From NCBI RefSeq assembly GCF_001564455.1, contig NZ_CP011391.1:630001-662000 (forward strand): a stretch of 32,000 nt of DNA, written 5' to 3'. This DNA is from Faecalibaculum rodentium (GTDB lineage: Bacteria > Bacillota_I > Bacilli_A > Erysipelotrichales > Erysipelotrichaceae). Both the position numbers and the translations under genes were made by a program. A model generated the notes under the pieces. The model was not told the DNA's origin. It ran no database searches and was given only the letters and a program-made list of their open reading frames with translations. This document shows, one piece after another, positions 8,749 to 18,822 of the stretch. Each line of letters begins with the position of its first letter. Position 1 is the first letter of the stretch.

Positions 8749-10392
8749 ATGGACAGACGAAAGGATCGTGAGACTGTGAACACCCTTCGCAAGACCTACG
8801 CGCTGATCCTGAAAAAGGCCCAGCTGTACAGAAACGGAGGCTGGCAGTACGCCCGTGTCCTGAAGCGGACACGTCCAGACTATGAGAGCCATTTTTATGC
8901 GTTCCTCATCGATCTCAATATCTGCCTGCTTCCTGTATATATATGGATCATTGAGTTTCTGCTGATTCTTTGCGGCATTCTTCCGCCGCATGTATTCGAT
9001 CTCCTGTTTTACCTCATGTATGGCCTGCTGTTCCTGACCTCCGTGATCGGTCTGGGACTCGTGACAGCCCGGCTGCACGGTCAGTCCATCGGCTATGCCT
9101 ATACAGGGCTGAAACTGGTCCGCCGCGACAAGCACCCGGCTCCCGCCATCCAGGTGATCCTGCGGCAGGCGCTGGGAATCGGCGTGCCGCTGATGGTGTT
9201 CGGGATCGTCTTCGAAATCTGGGGGATGTTTTTGTGGCTTGTGATCCACATGTGCATCTGTCTGGCCACACCGCACCAGCAGAATCTGATGGATCTGCTG
9301 CTGCGCCTTGTCACAGTCCGCATGCCTGATGACGCGGATCTGCTCAAGGGCGCAGGACAGACACAGGAGACTGCTGCCTGTCCGGTGAAAGAACCTGTGA
9401 AGAAAACAGTCCAGGTCAGGGAGCCCGTCCGGCAGAAACCGCAGGCCGTGTCTCCCATCGATCTGCACATCCGGTCCAATTACAGTGATGATGCGCAGCT
9501 GGATGTGGAGGAAATCTTCAAGCAGGCCCGGGCAAAAAACATGGAAATCATTTCCATCACCGACCACAACTGTGCCAGGGCCAACGCACCGGCAAACCGG
9601 CTCGCAGGACTTTACGGCATTCAGTATATTCCCGGTGTGGAATTCGACTGTGAGCTGGAGGGAACGCGGCTGCGGATCCTGGGTTACTACATAGACTGGA
9701 CCAGTCCTGTCTTCGATGCCCTGGAGCGGGATTCCCTCAAGCGGGAAAAGGATGCCAGCATGGTTCGTGCCCGGCTGTTTCAGGAAACCACCGGCATTCA
9801 GATCGACATCCGTTCCCTGCTGGAATCCAGCCGGTTTCAGGTGATCTCTGGCAGGGACATCACCCGCATGGTTTTCCATAATGAAGAAACCAGGCAGCTT
9901 CCGTTTGTCCGCCGATACCTGGATACGGCTGTTTCAGCCAGGGAAGCCCGCCGGCTGTTCGAGCATGACATCTTCGGAAAGGGAGGCCCCTGCTATGTAC
10001 GGCCCTCCTATCCGCAGGCCTCGCACATCATTCGTGCGATCCACGATGCCGGCGGCCTGGCTGTCCTGGCCAACTGGCATCTGGACAGCCTGTCGCGTCA
10101 GGAACTGGACCGGCTTGTGAAGCTGGGCATTGACGGAGTGGAAGTGTTCATGACAGGCACCACGGAAGATCTGACTGTGCGGCTGCTGGACATGGCGAAC
10201 CGCGAAAAGCTGTTCGTGACAGCCGGCTCCGATTACCACGGTCCCGCCCGGCGTGAAGAGCAGCTGGGTGTGACAGGGCTGCCGGAAAAAGCGGAAGGAC
10301 TTGTCCGGCTGTTCACCAGCGCCGCGGGAAACCCGGGAAAGACTCCGGCACCTGCCGGAATGCAGACAGACAACAGGAAAGGAAATCACTGA
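8749..10392 (+). CDS. RDD-family membrane domain fused to a PHP (polymerase/histidinol phosphatase-like, TrpH-type) domain
   Basis: 547 aa. Residues ~45-190 form a multi-TM RDD-like region (YAFLIDLNICLLP..., GQSIGYAYTGLKLVRRD). Residues ~236-520 carry PHP blocks (IDLHIRSNYSDD, ISITDHN, GVEFD, GSDYHG). The start is uncertain: ATG 8749 overlaps a TGaTATAAT extended -10-like element (8742-8750). An in-frame GTG at 8776 sits behind AAAGGA. Confidence 0.8.
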   Translation: MDRRKDRETVNTLRKTYALILKKAQLYRNGGWQYARVLKRTRPDYESHFYAFLIDLNICLLPVYIWIIEFLLILCGILPPHVFDLLFYLMYGLLFLTSVIGLGLVTARLHGQSIGYAYTGLKLVRRDKHPAPAIQVILRQALGIGVPLMVFGIVFEIWGMFLWLVIHMCICLATPHQQNLMDLLLRLVTVRMPDDADLLKGAGQTQETAACPVKEPVKKTVQVREPVRQKPQAVSPIDLHIRSNYSDDAQLDVEEIFKQARAKNMEIISITDHNCARANAPANRLAGLYGIQYIPGVEFDCELEGTRLRILGYYIDWTSPVFDALERDSLKREKDASMVRARLFQETTGIQIDIRSLLESSRFQVISGRDITRMVFHNEETRQLPFVRRYLDTAVSAREARRLFEHDIFGKGGPCYVRPSYPQASHIIRAIHDAGGLAVLANWHLDSLSRQELDRLVKLGIDGVEVFMTGTTEDLTVRLLDMANREKLFVTAGSDYHGPARREEQLGVTGLPEKAEGLVRLFTSAAGNPGKTPAPAGMQTDNRKGNH

Positions 10393-10395
10393 TCG

Positions 10396-12372
10396 ATGAA
10401 AGAACCGTTTTATCTGACAACCGCGATCGCCTATACATCCGGCAGACCGCATATTGGAAATACTTACGAGATCATCCTCTCGGATGCCATTGCCCGTTTC
10501 AAGCGGGCACAGGGCTATGATGTCTTTTTCCAGACCGGAACCGACGAACATGGCATCAAGATCGAGGAAAAAGCCGAAGCAGCCGGCGTGACACCGCAGG
10601 AATTCGTGGACGACATTGCTGCTCAGATCCGTTCCAACTGGGACCTGATGAATACAACATACGATAAATTCATCCGGACCACAGATGAAGATCATGTTCG
10701 CCGGGTGCAGGACATTTTCCGCCGGTTCTATGAACAGGGAGACATTTACAAGGGCGAGTATGAAGGCTGGTACTGCACTCCCTGTGAAAGCTTCTGGACG
10801 GAGAGCCAGCTGGTGGACGGAAACTGTCCTGACTGCGGCCGCCCGGTGGTGAAGCAGAAAGAAGAAGCATATTTCTTCAACATGAAGAAATATGAACAGC
10901 GCCTGATCGACTATATCGAGGAACATCCGGAATTCATCCAGCCCGAAAGCCGCCGGAATGAAATGCTCAACAACTTCCTGCGGCCCGGGCTCCAGGACTT
11001 GTGCGTTTCCAGGACCAGCTTCAAGTGGGGAATTCCGGTGGATTTTGACCCGAAACACGTCATCTATGTCTGGGTGGATGCACTGAGCAACTACATCACC
11101 AGTCTCGGGTATGATGCACAGGGTGACAGCTCGGAAATGTACAAAAAGTACTGGCCGGCCACGCACATCATTGGCAAGGATATCCTGCGCTTCCACACAA
11201 TTTACTGGCCCATCTTCCTGATGGCGCTGGGGGAACCCCTGCCACGCAAGGTGTTCGGTCACCCCTGGCTTCTGGTTGACAACGGCAAAATGTCCAAATC
11301 GAAGGGCAATGTGATTTACGCCGAAGATCTGGTGGATGCCTTTGGCGTGGATGCAGTGCGGTACTTCTGTCTGCATGAAATGCCCTTTGCGCAGGATGGC
11401 AACATTACATGGGAGCTGGTGATCGAGCGCATCAATTCGGATCTTGCCAATGTACTGGGAAACCTCGTGAGCCGAACCATTGCCATGAGCAACAAATATT
11501 TTGACGGGACCGTCACCAATCCGAGGGTATACGATCCCGTGGACGAAGGGCTGATTTCGACGGCTCTGGCTGCAAAGGAAAAAGTCGAGAACAGGATGGA
11601 AGAACTGCGTGTAACGGATGCACTCGACGAGATCTTCACCCTGCTCCGGCGCACAAACAAATATATCGACGAAACAGAACCCTGGGTTCTTGCCAGAGAT
11701 GAAGCAAACCGGGACCGGCTGGCTACTGTTCTGTACAATCTGCTGGAGTCCATCCGGATCAGTGCTGTACTGCTGGAAAGCTTCATGCCCGAGACAGCCG
11801 CGAAGATCCTGGACATGCTTGGGACGGAACAGCGTTCCCTGGACAGTCTGAATTCTTTCGGCAATCTGGAAACAGGCCACAAGGTGATCCGCAAGGCACC
11901 TGCACTGTTTGCGCGGATTGATGAAAAGAAGTTCATGGATGAACTGACTGCCAGGGAAGAGGCAAAGGAACAAAGCAAGAAGGCTGACGAAAACCCGTCG
12001 CAGCCGGCCCAGTCTGACGAAGCGCAGGCTGCACCTCAGCCGGCAAAGCCCGAAATCGTCTTTGATGATTTTGCGAAGATTGAACTGCGTGTCGGGACCG
12101 TGACAGCAAGCGAAAAAGTGAGGAAATCAAAAAAGCTTCTGAAGAACCAGGTGGATCTTGGAACGGAAACCCGCCAGATTCTTTCCGGCATTGCCCAATA
12201 CTATTCTCCGGAGGACATGGTTGGCAGACAGGTGATCGTTGTCACCAACCTTGCGCCGCGCAAAATGGCCGGAGAGGTGAGTGAGGGCATGATTCTCTGC
12301 GCCGAGCAGGGAGACCGGGTGGTTCTGGTGAGTCCGGATGAAAAACTGCCTGCAGGCGCCGTCGTCTGCTGA
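10396..12372 (+). CDS. metG: Methionine--tRNA ligase with a C-terminal tRNA-binding (EMAP/Trbp111-like) domain
   Basis: 658 aa with the class I aaRS motifs HIGN (GRPHIGNTYE) and KMSKS (GKMSKSKGN). It has a zinc knuckle CTPCESF...CPDCGRP. The C-terminal domain reads FAKIELRVGTV...KLLKNQVDLG. Confidence 0.97.
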   Translation: MKEPFYLTTAIAYTSGRPHIGNTYEIILSDAIARFKRAQGYDVFFQTGTDEHGIKIEEKAEAAGVTPQEFVDDIAAQIRSNWDLMNTTYDKFIRTTDEDHVRRVQDIFRRFYEQGDIYKGEYEGWYCTPCESFWTESQLVDGNCPDCGRPVVKQKEEAYFFNMKKYEQRLIDYIEEHPEFIQPESRRNEMLNNFLRPGLQDLCVSRTSFKWGIPVDFDPKHVIYVWVDALSNYITSLGYDAQGDSSEMYKKYWPATHIIGKDILRFHTIYWPIFLMALGEPLPRKVFGHPWLLVDNGKMSKSKGNVIYAEDLVDAFGVDAVRYFCLHEMPFAQDGNITWELVIERINSDLANVLGNLVSRTIAMSNKYFDGTVTNPRVYDPVDEGLISTALAAKEKVENRMEELRVTDALDEIFTLLRRTNKYIDETEPWVLARDEANRDRLATVLYNLLESIRISAVLLESFMPETAAKILDMLGTEQRSLDSLNSFGNLETGHKVIRKAPALFARIDEKKFMDELTAREEAKEQSKKADENPSQPAQSDEAQAAPQPAKPEIVFDDFAKIELRVGTVTASEKVRKSKKLLKNQVDLGTETRQILSGIAQYYSPEDMVGRQVIVVTNLAPRKMAGEVSEGMILCAEQGDRVVLVSPDEKLPAGAVVC

Positions 12373-12385
12373 TGCAGCATCCGGA

Positions 12386-12628
12386 ATGAACCGGGAACAG
12401 AAAGCCCTGTTCAGACAGGCACAGCTGGCAGGGCTGGGAATCGTGGTGGGCGGAGTCGGCCTGGCAACGCAGCATCCCTGGCTGCCGTGGATCGGCCTGT
12501 TCATCTTCATGCTGGGACTCATCCGGTTTTTCCTGATCCGTGCACTCATCCGCCGTTCCAGACAGTGGGAGGACAGCAGTCGGGAAACGTCTGCATCATC
12601 ACAGGCACCGGGCAGTCAGTCCGAATAA
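12386..12628 (+). CDS. Small hypothetical membrane protein (two predicted TM helices)
   Basis: 80 aa from ATG 12386, 13 nt after the metG stop. The track start at 12338 would overlap metG. Hydrophobic segments are LAGLGIVVGGVGLA and LPWIGLFIFMLGLIRFFLI. The RBS is weak and no family is recognised. Confidence 0.45.
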   Translation: MNREQKALFRQAQLAGLGIVVGGVGLATQHPWLPWIGLFIFMLGLIRFFLIRALIRRSRQWEDSSRETSASSQAPGSQSE

Positions 12629-12630
12629 AA

Positions 12631-12674
12631 ATGTCCGGCAGGATACAGTCTGCGTTGACTGACCTGCCGGACAT
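12631..12674. terminator. 12-bp perfect hairpin between convergent genes (terminator, better T-tract on the minus strand)
   Basis: ATGTCCGGCAGG (12631-12642) pairs with CCTGCCGGACAT (12663-12674). On the minus strand TTTTTATT follows the hairpin. It lies 4 nt past the XRE gene stop. Confidence 0.55.
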
Positions 12675-12678
12675 TTGT

Positions 12679-13071
12679 CTATTCTGCCTGTGAAAGACGG
12701 TCTGTCTCTGCATCGTCCATCGTGTTCAGCTTTTCGAGCATGAACTCGGTCTGCTCCTGAAAGAACCGCTTTTTTACAGGACTCAGCCTGTTGTAGGCAT
12801 GTGTGATCCAGGGACTCTGATCCTGTTCCACTTTCCCAAACAGAATGTAGTCCGCGGAGACATCATACAGCCCGGTCAGGGCAGCGAGAACCTGAATGCT
12901 GACTCCACAGACACCCCGCTCGGCTTCAGATATGTGCTTTGCAGTCGTTCCAGCCAGGGCGGCCGCCTGGTTTTGCGTCAGTTCCATATGTTTGCGCATG
13001 GCCCGCAGACGGCTGCCGATTTCTTTCATGTCCACTTCCACAGGTTTTCTGTTTTCAGATACTGTCTTCAT
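12679..13071 (-). CDS. XRE-family helix-turn-helix transcriptional regulator
   Basis: 130 aa from ATG 13071, with RBS AAGGAGA 5 nt upstream. The longer track ORF starting at 13143 lacks an RBS. The HTH_3 pattern is IGSRLRAMRKHMELTQNQAAALAGTTAKHISEAERG. Confidence 0.85.
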   Translation of the reverse strand: MKTVSENRKPVEVDMKEIGSRLRAMRKHMELTQNQAAALAGTTAKHISEAERGVCGVSIQVLAALTGLYDVSADYILFGKVEQDQSPWITHAYNRLSPVKKRFFQEQTEFMLEKLNTMDDAETDRLSQAE

Positions 13072-13307
13072 GAGGTCTCCTTTTCGCAGACAGGAAACAG
13101 GGCAGTTTGCCAAGAATCCTGTTCTATACCTAATGATACACAACTGAACGAAAAAGTACAGAAATCATCCGGATTTCCATGGCTGCTCCAGACAGCTGCC
13201 CTGCGGGTCACGGAAAGAGCAGAAAAGCATGCAGTCTGGCATACTGCGGTGCGGGAAACGGATGTTTCAGCTTGCTCTTCGGTGGTGTTCCTGATTTAAT
13301 AAGGTCA

Positions 13308-13437
13308 ATCGTGATCAAGAGACAGGGGAGAGAGCCGGCTCCATGATCCTGCACCAGCCTGACCCAGAGGTTAAGGTGGTCCAGCCGGTTTCGATGCGGA
13401 AGACGGAAACAGCAGACGGCTTTCGGCCGTCTTTTTT
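13308..13437 (+). promoter_or_regulatory. SAM-responsive riboswitch candidate (S-box/SAM-I clan, atypical) with terminator expression platform upstream of metK
   Basis: It contains GAUCAAGAGACAGGGGAGAGAGCCGGCUCCAUGAUCCUGCACC...AAGGUGGUCCAGCC...CGAUGCGG. By eye this resembles the S-box core UAUCAAGAGnGGnGGAGGGA...GGCCCnAUGAAnCC...GGUGC...CCAGC...AGAUGAG. It ends in the hairpin AGACGGC/GCCGTCT (13414-13432) plus a T6 run. metK is a classic S-box-regulated gene. Confidence 0.6.
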
Positions 13438-13465
13438 CAAGCCGGTTCAAGTACAGGAGGGAACT

Positions 13466-14557
13466 ATGTCTGAATACATTTTTACCAGTGAAAGTGTTAC
13501 CGAAGGTCATCCGGACAAGGTCTGCGATCTGATTGCCGATTCCATTCTGGATGCGGCCCTTGCCCAGGATCCGCAATCCAACATGGCAGTGGAAGCAACG
13601 ATCAAAGATGATTTTGTTCTGGTCTATGGAGAGGCCAATACCCGCGCAAAGCTCGATTATGAAGCAATCGCGCTGGATACCATCCGCAAAATCGGGTATA
13701 CAGAGCCTTATCATGTCAAGGTCGTAGTGAATGAACAGTCGCCGGAGATTCACAATGCCGTCAACCGGGATGTAGTCTGTGCCGGAGACCAGGGCATCAT
13801 GTTCGGGTTTGCCTGCAGTGAAACGGATGAATACATGCCGGCTCCCATTTACTATGCACACGCTCTTTCCCGCCAGCTGGCAAAGATCCGGCGGGAAGAT
13901 GACCGCCTGCGTCCGGATGGCAAAACCCAGGTGTCCGTGGAGTACAAGGACGGGAAACCTGTCCGGATCGATGCCATTGTGGTCAGCACCCAGCACAGGG
14001 AGGATGTTTCTCAGGAGGAAATCCATGAACTGGTTCGCGAGAAAGTGATCGATCCCGTCATTCCTGCCCACATGCTGGATGACAGGACAAAGTACTTCAT
14101 CAATCCATCAGGCAGTTTTGTCGTGGGCGGCAGCTTCGGGGATTCCGGAACAACAGGACGGAAAATTGTCTGTGATACGTACGGCGGCCGCGGCCGGATC
14201 GGTGGCGGCTGCTTCTCCAGCAAGGATCCCACGAAAGTGGACCGCTCAGCGGCCTACTATGCCCGGTGGGTTGCGAAGAACATTGTGGCAGCGGGTCTGG
14301 CCGATCAGTGCGAGGTACAGGTTTCCTATGCCATTGGCGAGCCGGAACCAGTCAGCATTTTTGTGGACACCTTTGGCACCGGAAAAGTCAGCGATGAGAA
14401 GATCCTGGAGATCATCAACCGGAATTTCAGCTTCGAAGTCGGCAATATCCTCCGGGAGCTGGATCTTCGGCGTCCCATTTATGCCCGTACAACGAATTAT
14501 GGCCACTTCGGGGATCCGGATCTTCCCTGGGAAACCATCAAGGAACTGGAACTCTGA
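13466..14557 (+). CDS. metK: S-adenosylmethionine synthetase (methionine adenosyltransferase)
   Basis: 363 aa from ATG 13466, with RBS AGGAGG at 13455-13460. The track ORF start at 13343 lies inside the leader. Motifs present are FTSESVTEGHPDKVCD, GAGDQG, GGGCFSSKDPTKVDRSAAY and YAIGEPEP. Confidence 0.97.
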   Translation: MSEYIFTSESVTEGHPDKVCDLIADSILDAALAQDPQSNMAVEATIKDDFVLVYGEANTRAKLDYEAIALDTIRKIGYTEPYHVKVVVNEQSPEIHNAVNRDVVCAGDQGIMFGFACSETDEYMPAPIYYAHALSRQLAKIRREDDRLRPDGKTQVSVEYKDGKPVRIDAIVVSTQHREDVSQEEIHELVREKVIDPVIPAHMLDDRTKYFINPSGSFVVGGSFGDSGTTGRKIVCDTYGGRGRIGGGCFSSKDPTKVDRSAAYYARWVAKNIVAAGLADQCEVQVSYAIGEPEPVSIFVDTFGTGKVSDEKILEIINRNFSFEVGNILRELDLRRPIYARTTNYGHFGDPDLPWETIKELEL

Positions 14558-14621
14558 CGCCTGCTGCCTACAGTCTGCCGGAACGGGAATGGCAGGAACA
14601 GACAGGTTCATGACAGAAAAA

Positions 14622-14640
14622 AGCCGGTCACTCACCGGCT
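14622..14640. terminator. Bidirectional hairpin at the convergent metK / DtxR-like gene junction
   Basis: AGCCGGT (14622-14628) pairs with ACCGGCT (14634-14640). An A6 tract lies upstream and TCTTTGTTGTTG downstream. The hairpin overlaps the last codons and the stop of the minus-strand gene. Confidence 0.5.
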
Positions 14641-15011
14641 TCTTTGTTGTTGTCGAAATATCTGCGAATGGCATCGAAGGTCTCCTGAGACACCACGTGT
14701 TCCATCCGGCATGCATCTTCCTGGGCAATTTCCTGCGGAACACCGATCTGCTCGAGCATGTTGGTGAAAAACACGTGCCGACGCCAGGTTTCGCAGGCAA
14801 TGGCCCGTCCTTTTTCGGTCAGGTGCAGCGTCTTGCCTGTATCCAGTTCAATGTATCCCTGCTCAAGCATCAGCTTGACGGCATGCGATACACTGGGTTT
14901 GGAATACCCGAGGGAGCTGGCCACATCCACACTGCGGACCACAGGAAGCTGCCGGGAAAGAACCAGAATGCACTCCAGATAATCTTCCAGGGATTCTCCA
15001 ATATGTTTCAT
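14628..15011 (-). CDS. DtxR/MntR-family metal-dependent transcriptional repressor
   Basis: 127 aa. It shows the MntR-like pattern EDYLECILVL...VRSVDVASSLGYSKPSVSHAVKLMLEQGYI...LTEKG...RRHVFFTNML...EDACRMEHVVS. Confidence 0.85.
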   Translation of the reverse strand: MKHIGESLEDYLECILVLSRQLPVVRSVDVASSLGYSKPSVSHAVKLMLEQGYIELDTGKTLHLTEKGRAIACETWRRHVFFTNMLEQIGVPQEIAQEDACRMEHVVSQETFDAIRRYFDNNKEAGE

Positions 15012-15059
15012 ACCGTAAGTTTATCAAATCTAACTCTGTACATGCAAGGAGGGATCACC

Positions 15060-17240
15060 ATGCCCGAGATTCTCGCTCCGGCCGGCAGCCGGGACAGTTT
15101 TGATGCAGCCCTGGCAGCCGGGGCAGATGCAGTCTATCTGGCTCTTCCCAGGTTTGGCGCCAGGGCCTATGCCGCGAATTTCACGCTGGAGGAAGTGCAG
15201 GAGGTCATTGCCACAGCCCATCTGCACGGAATGAAAGTCTACGTCACCATGAACATCATCCTCTTCGAAGAAGAAATGGAACCCGCGTACCGGCAGGCGC
15301 GGGACCTGTATGAAGCCGGGGTGGATGCACTGATCGTTCAGGATCTGGGCCTGATGCATCTGCTGAAACACAGACTTCCTGCACTGGAAGTGCATGCCAG
15401 CACACAGCTGTCTGTGAACCGGCCGTTTCAGATGGAACAGCTGAAGAAACTCAATGTCCGCCGTGTGGTGCTGGCCAGGGAGTGTTCCCTGGAGCAGATC
15501 CGGGCCTGTGCCCGGGTGCAGGACATGGAGACGGAAGTGTTTGTGCATGGGGCTTTGTGCATCTCCTGGTCCGGGCAGTGTCAGTTTTCCGCCATCCGCC
15601 ATCAGCGGTCCGGCAACCGGGGCCAATGCGCTCAGGCCTGCCGCATGCAGTATGAACTGCTGAAAGATGGTCACCCTGTGAAGACCCCCGGTTCCTTTCT
15701 GCTCAGCCCCAGGGATCTGTCTGTCCTGGATGATCTGGATCTTCTCCAGACAGCCGGTGTGGACAGCTTCAAGATCGAAGGTCGTATGAAAAGCCCGCTG
15801 TATGTCTATGAGGCAGTGGAAAACGCCCGTCTGGGAAAGAAGCGGTCCCGGGAAGACAGACTCGCACTGGCGGCAGCCTTCAGCCGGGGATTTACCCGCG
15901 GCCGCATGATGGATGAACACGGTTCCGGACTCATGGCCATGAAAGCCGGAAATCACCAGGGGGTTTCCATCGGAACCGTCTCCGGCGGCTCGAGAGACCG
16001 TGTCCGCATCCGGCTTTCCATGCCGCTGCATCAGGAGGATGGACTGCGGTTTGTCTGGGAGCAGGGAAGTGCCGGCGGTCATGCCAATTTCCTGTATGAC
16101 AGAAAAGGCCGTCTGATCCGGGAAGGCGCACCCGGGCAGGAAGTAGAGATTCCGCTGTCTTCTTTCGTTCCTGCGGGAGCGGATGTTCGGCTGACCGTGG
16201 ATGCCAGACGCACTCGAATGGTCCAGGAGAAGTCCCTGCATCCCGGGCGCAGGCTTCCGGTACAGGCGGAGCTGGAAAACAGCGGACCGGGACACCCGCT
16301 GATTCTGACACTCACTACGCCGGATGGACACCGGGTGCAGGCTGTTTCCGATCCGGTGCAGGCAGCGACCGGGCGGGGACTGGATGCCGGCAGGCTCAGG
16401 CAGCAGACAGAAAAATCCGGAGATTCCTGGGCTGACATCCGCGTGCACCGGATGAATGTGCCTGATGGCATCTTTCTGCCGGTCAGCGCCGTCAACAGAC
16501 TGCGACGACAGGCACTGGAGAATCTTCGAGAGCTTCTGACCGCACCCAGGCAGGCGGAAGAAACCGGCTGTCTCTGGCAGCCGCCTGTGGTTTCAGACAC
16601 CCTGCCACCACTGATGGTTCAGATTCAGAAACCAGGTCAGCGCCTGGAAACAGATGCGGTATGGATGAGTGAGTTTTCCATTCCCGGTACAGTGCACAAA
16701 GCTGCCCTGACCGAAGACAGCGGAGAGATCACGGCACATCTGGGACAGGGGAGGATCCTGGACGGAATGAACATTTCAAATTCCTGGGCCATTGCGGCAG
16801 CACAGGAAATGGGATATGCGGGGGTGGTCCTCAGCGAAGAAATGTCGGAAGGACAGATCCGCTCCACCCTCCAGGGCTATGAGCAGCGGTACGGAACCCC
16901 GGCTCCGGCAGCTGCTGTGGTGTACCAGAAGCGGCGGCTGATGCTCATGGACCACTGCCCTGTGAACACCCTGGAACGGGACGGGTCCAGAACCGGGTGC
17001 AGTCTCTGCAGACGCCATACTTATGTCCTGCAGGGTATGGACGGGACCAGTCAGCAGCTGTATGGCAATCCGTTCTGCCACATGCAGGTGTTTGCCGATG
17101 AGGTCGACAACCGCCTGGAAGAGCTCGCAGATCTGCCTTTCAAAGTGGTCCGCTTTACGACCGAAACCCCGCAGGAGGCGGCTGCCGTCATGGCAGAAAT
17201 CACCCGGCTGCAAGGGGTTACATCCCGCAGCTGTGATTGA
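15060..17240 (+). CDS. Peptidase U32 family protein (long form, C-terminal Cys-rich extension)
   Basis: 726 aa from ATG 15060, with RBS AAGGAGGG at 15047-15054. The U32 signature is EVFVHGALCISWSGQCQFS. The C-terminal cysteine cluster is HCPVN...CSLCRRH...CHM. The upstream 327 codons of track ORF 14079..17240 overlap metK and the repressor gene and were discarded. Confidence 0.9.
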   Translation: MPEILAPAGSRDSFDAALAAGADAVYLALPRFGARAYAANFTLEEVQEVIATAHLHGMKVYVTMNIILFEEEMEPAYRQARDLYEAGVDALIVQDLGLMHLLKHRLPALEVHASTQLSVNRPFQMEQLKKLNVRRVVLARECSLEQIRACARVQDMETEVFVHGALCISWSGQCQFSAIRHQRSGNRGQCAQACRMQYELLKDGHPVKTPGSFLLSPRDLSVLDDLDLLQTAGVDSFKIEGRMKSPLYVYEAVENARLGKKRSREDRLALAAAFSRGFTRGRMMDEHGSGLMAMKAGNHQGVSIGTVSGGSRDRVRIRLSMPLHQEDGLRFVWEQGSAGGHANFLYDRKGRLIREGAPGQEVEIPLSSFVPAGADVRLTVDARRTRMVQEKSLHPGRRLPVQAELENSGPGHPLILTLTTPDGHRVQAVSDPVQAATGRGLDAGRLRQQTEKSGDSWADIRVHRMNVPDGIFLPVSAVNRLRRQALENLRELLTAPRQAEETGCLWQPPVVSDTLPPLMVQIQKPGQRLETDAVWMSEFSIPGTVHKAALTEDSGEITAHLGQGRILDGMNISNSWAIAAAQEMGYAGVVLSEEMSEGQIRSTLQGYEQRYGTPAPAAAVVYQKRRLMLMDHCPVNTLERDGSRTGCSLCRRHTYVLQGMDGTSQQLYGNPFCHMQVFADEVDNRLEELADLPFKVVRFTTETPQEAAAVMAEITRLQGVTSRSCD

Positions 17241-17269
17241 AAACGGATACCTGGCAGAGTAATATATAA

Positions 17270-18625
<1,356 letters not shown>

Positions 18626-18639
18626 TCCTTTGGATTTCC

Positions 18640-18673
18640 GACAGGCAGGATCAGCTCCTGCCTGTCTTTTTTT
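18640..18673 (+). terminator. Strong rho-independent terminator after eno
   Basis: GACAGGCAGG (18640-18649) pairs with CCTGCCTGTC (18657-18666). A T7 run follows. Confidence 0.85.
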
Positions 18674-18822
18674 GGCCTCCAGACAGCCGGAAGGTACAGT
18701 GCAGGCGATACATTAGACCCCTGCGGTCATGTACGGTATCTTCAAGAAAGAGAATCTGTTTCTGTCTGTCCGGCCGGTATCCGGCAGCAGACAGGAACGA
18801 TTCCTGTTTGGAGAGGTAAAAA

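Noticed and set aside
10393-10395. Looked for a T-box leader upstream of metG and of serC.
   Set aside because: metG starts 3 nt after the preceding gene. The serC 5' UTR is only ~50 nt. No specifier-loop or T-box sequence was seen.
12338-12385. Longer start for the small membrane protein, overlapping the metG 3' end.
   Set aside because: It would overlap metG by 35 nt. The hydrophobic core is fully covered from ATG 12386, so the shorter model is preferred, although both are weakly supported.
14079-15059. N-terminal 327 codons of the 1053-aa track ORF 14079..17240.
   Set aside because: This part overlaps the metK 3' end in another frame and is antisense to the DtxR-like gene. The U32 homology begins at MPEILAPAGS (ATG 15060), which is preceded by AAGGAGGG.
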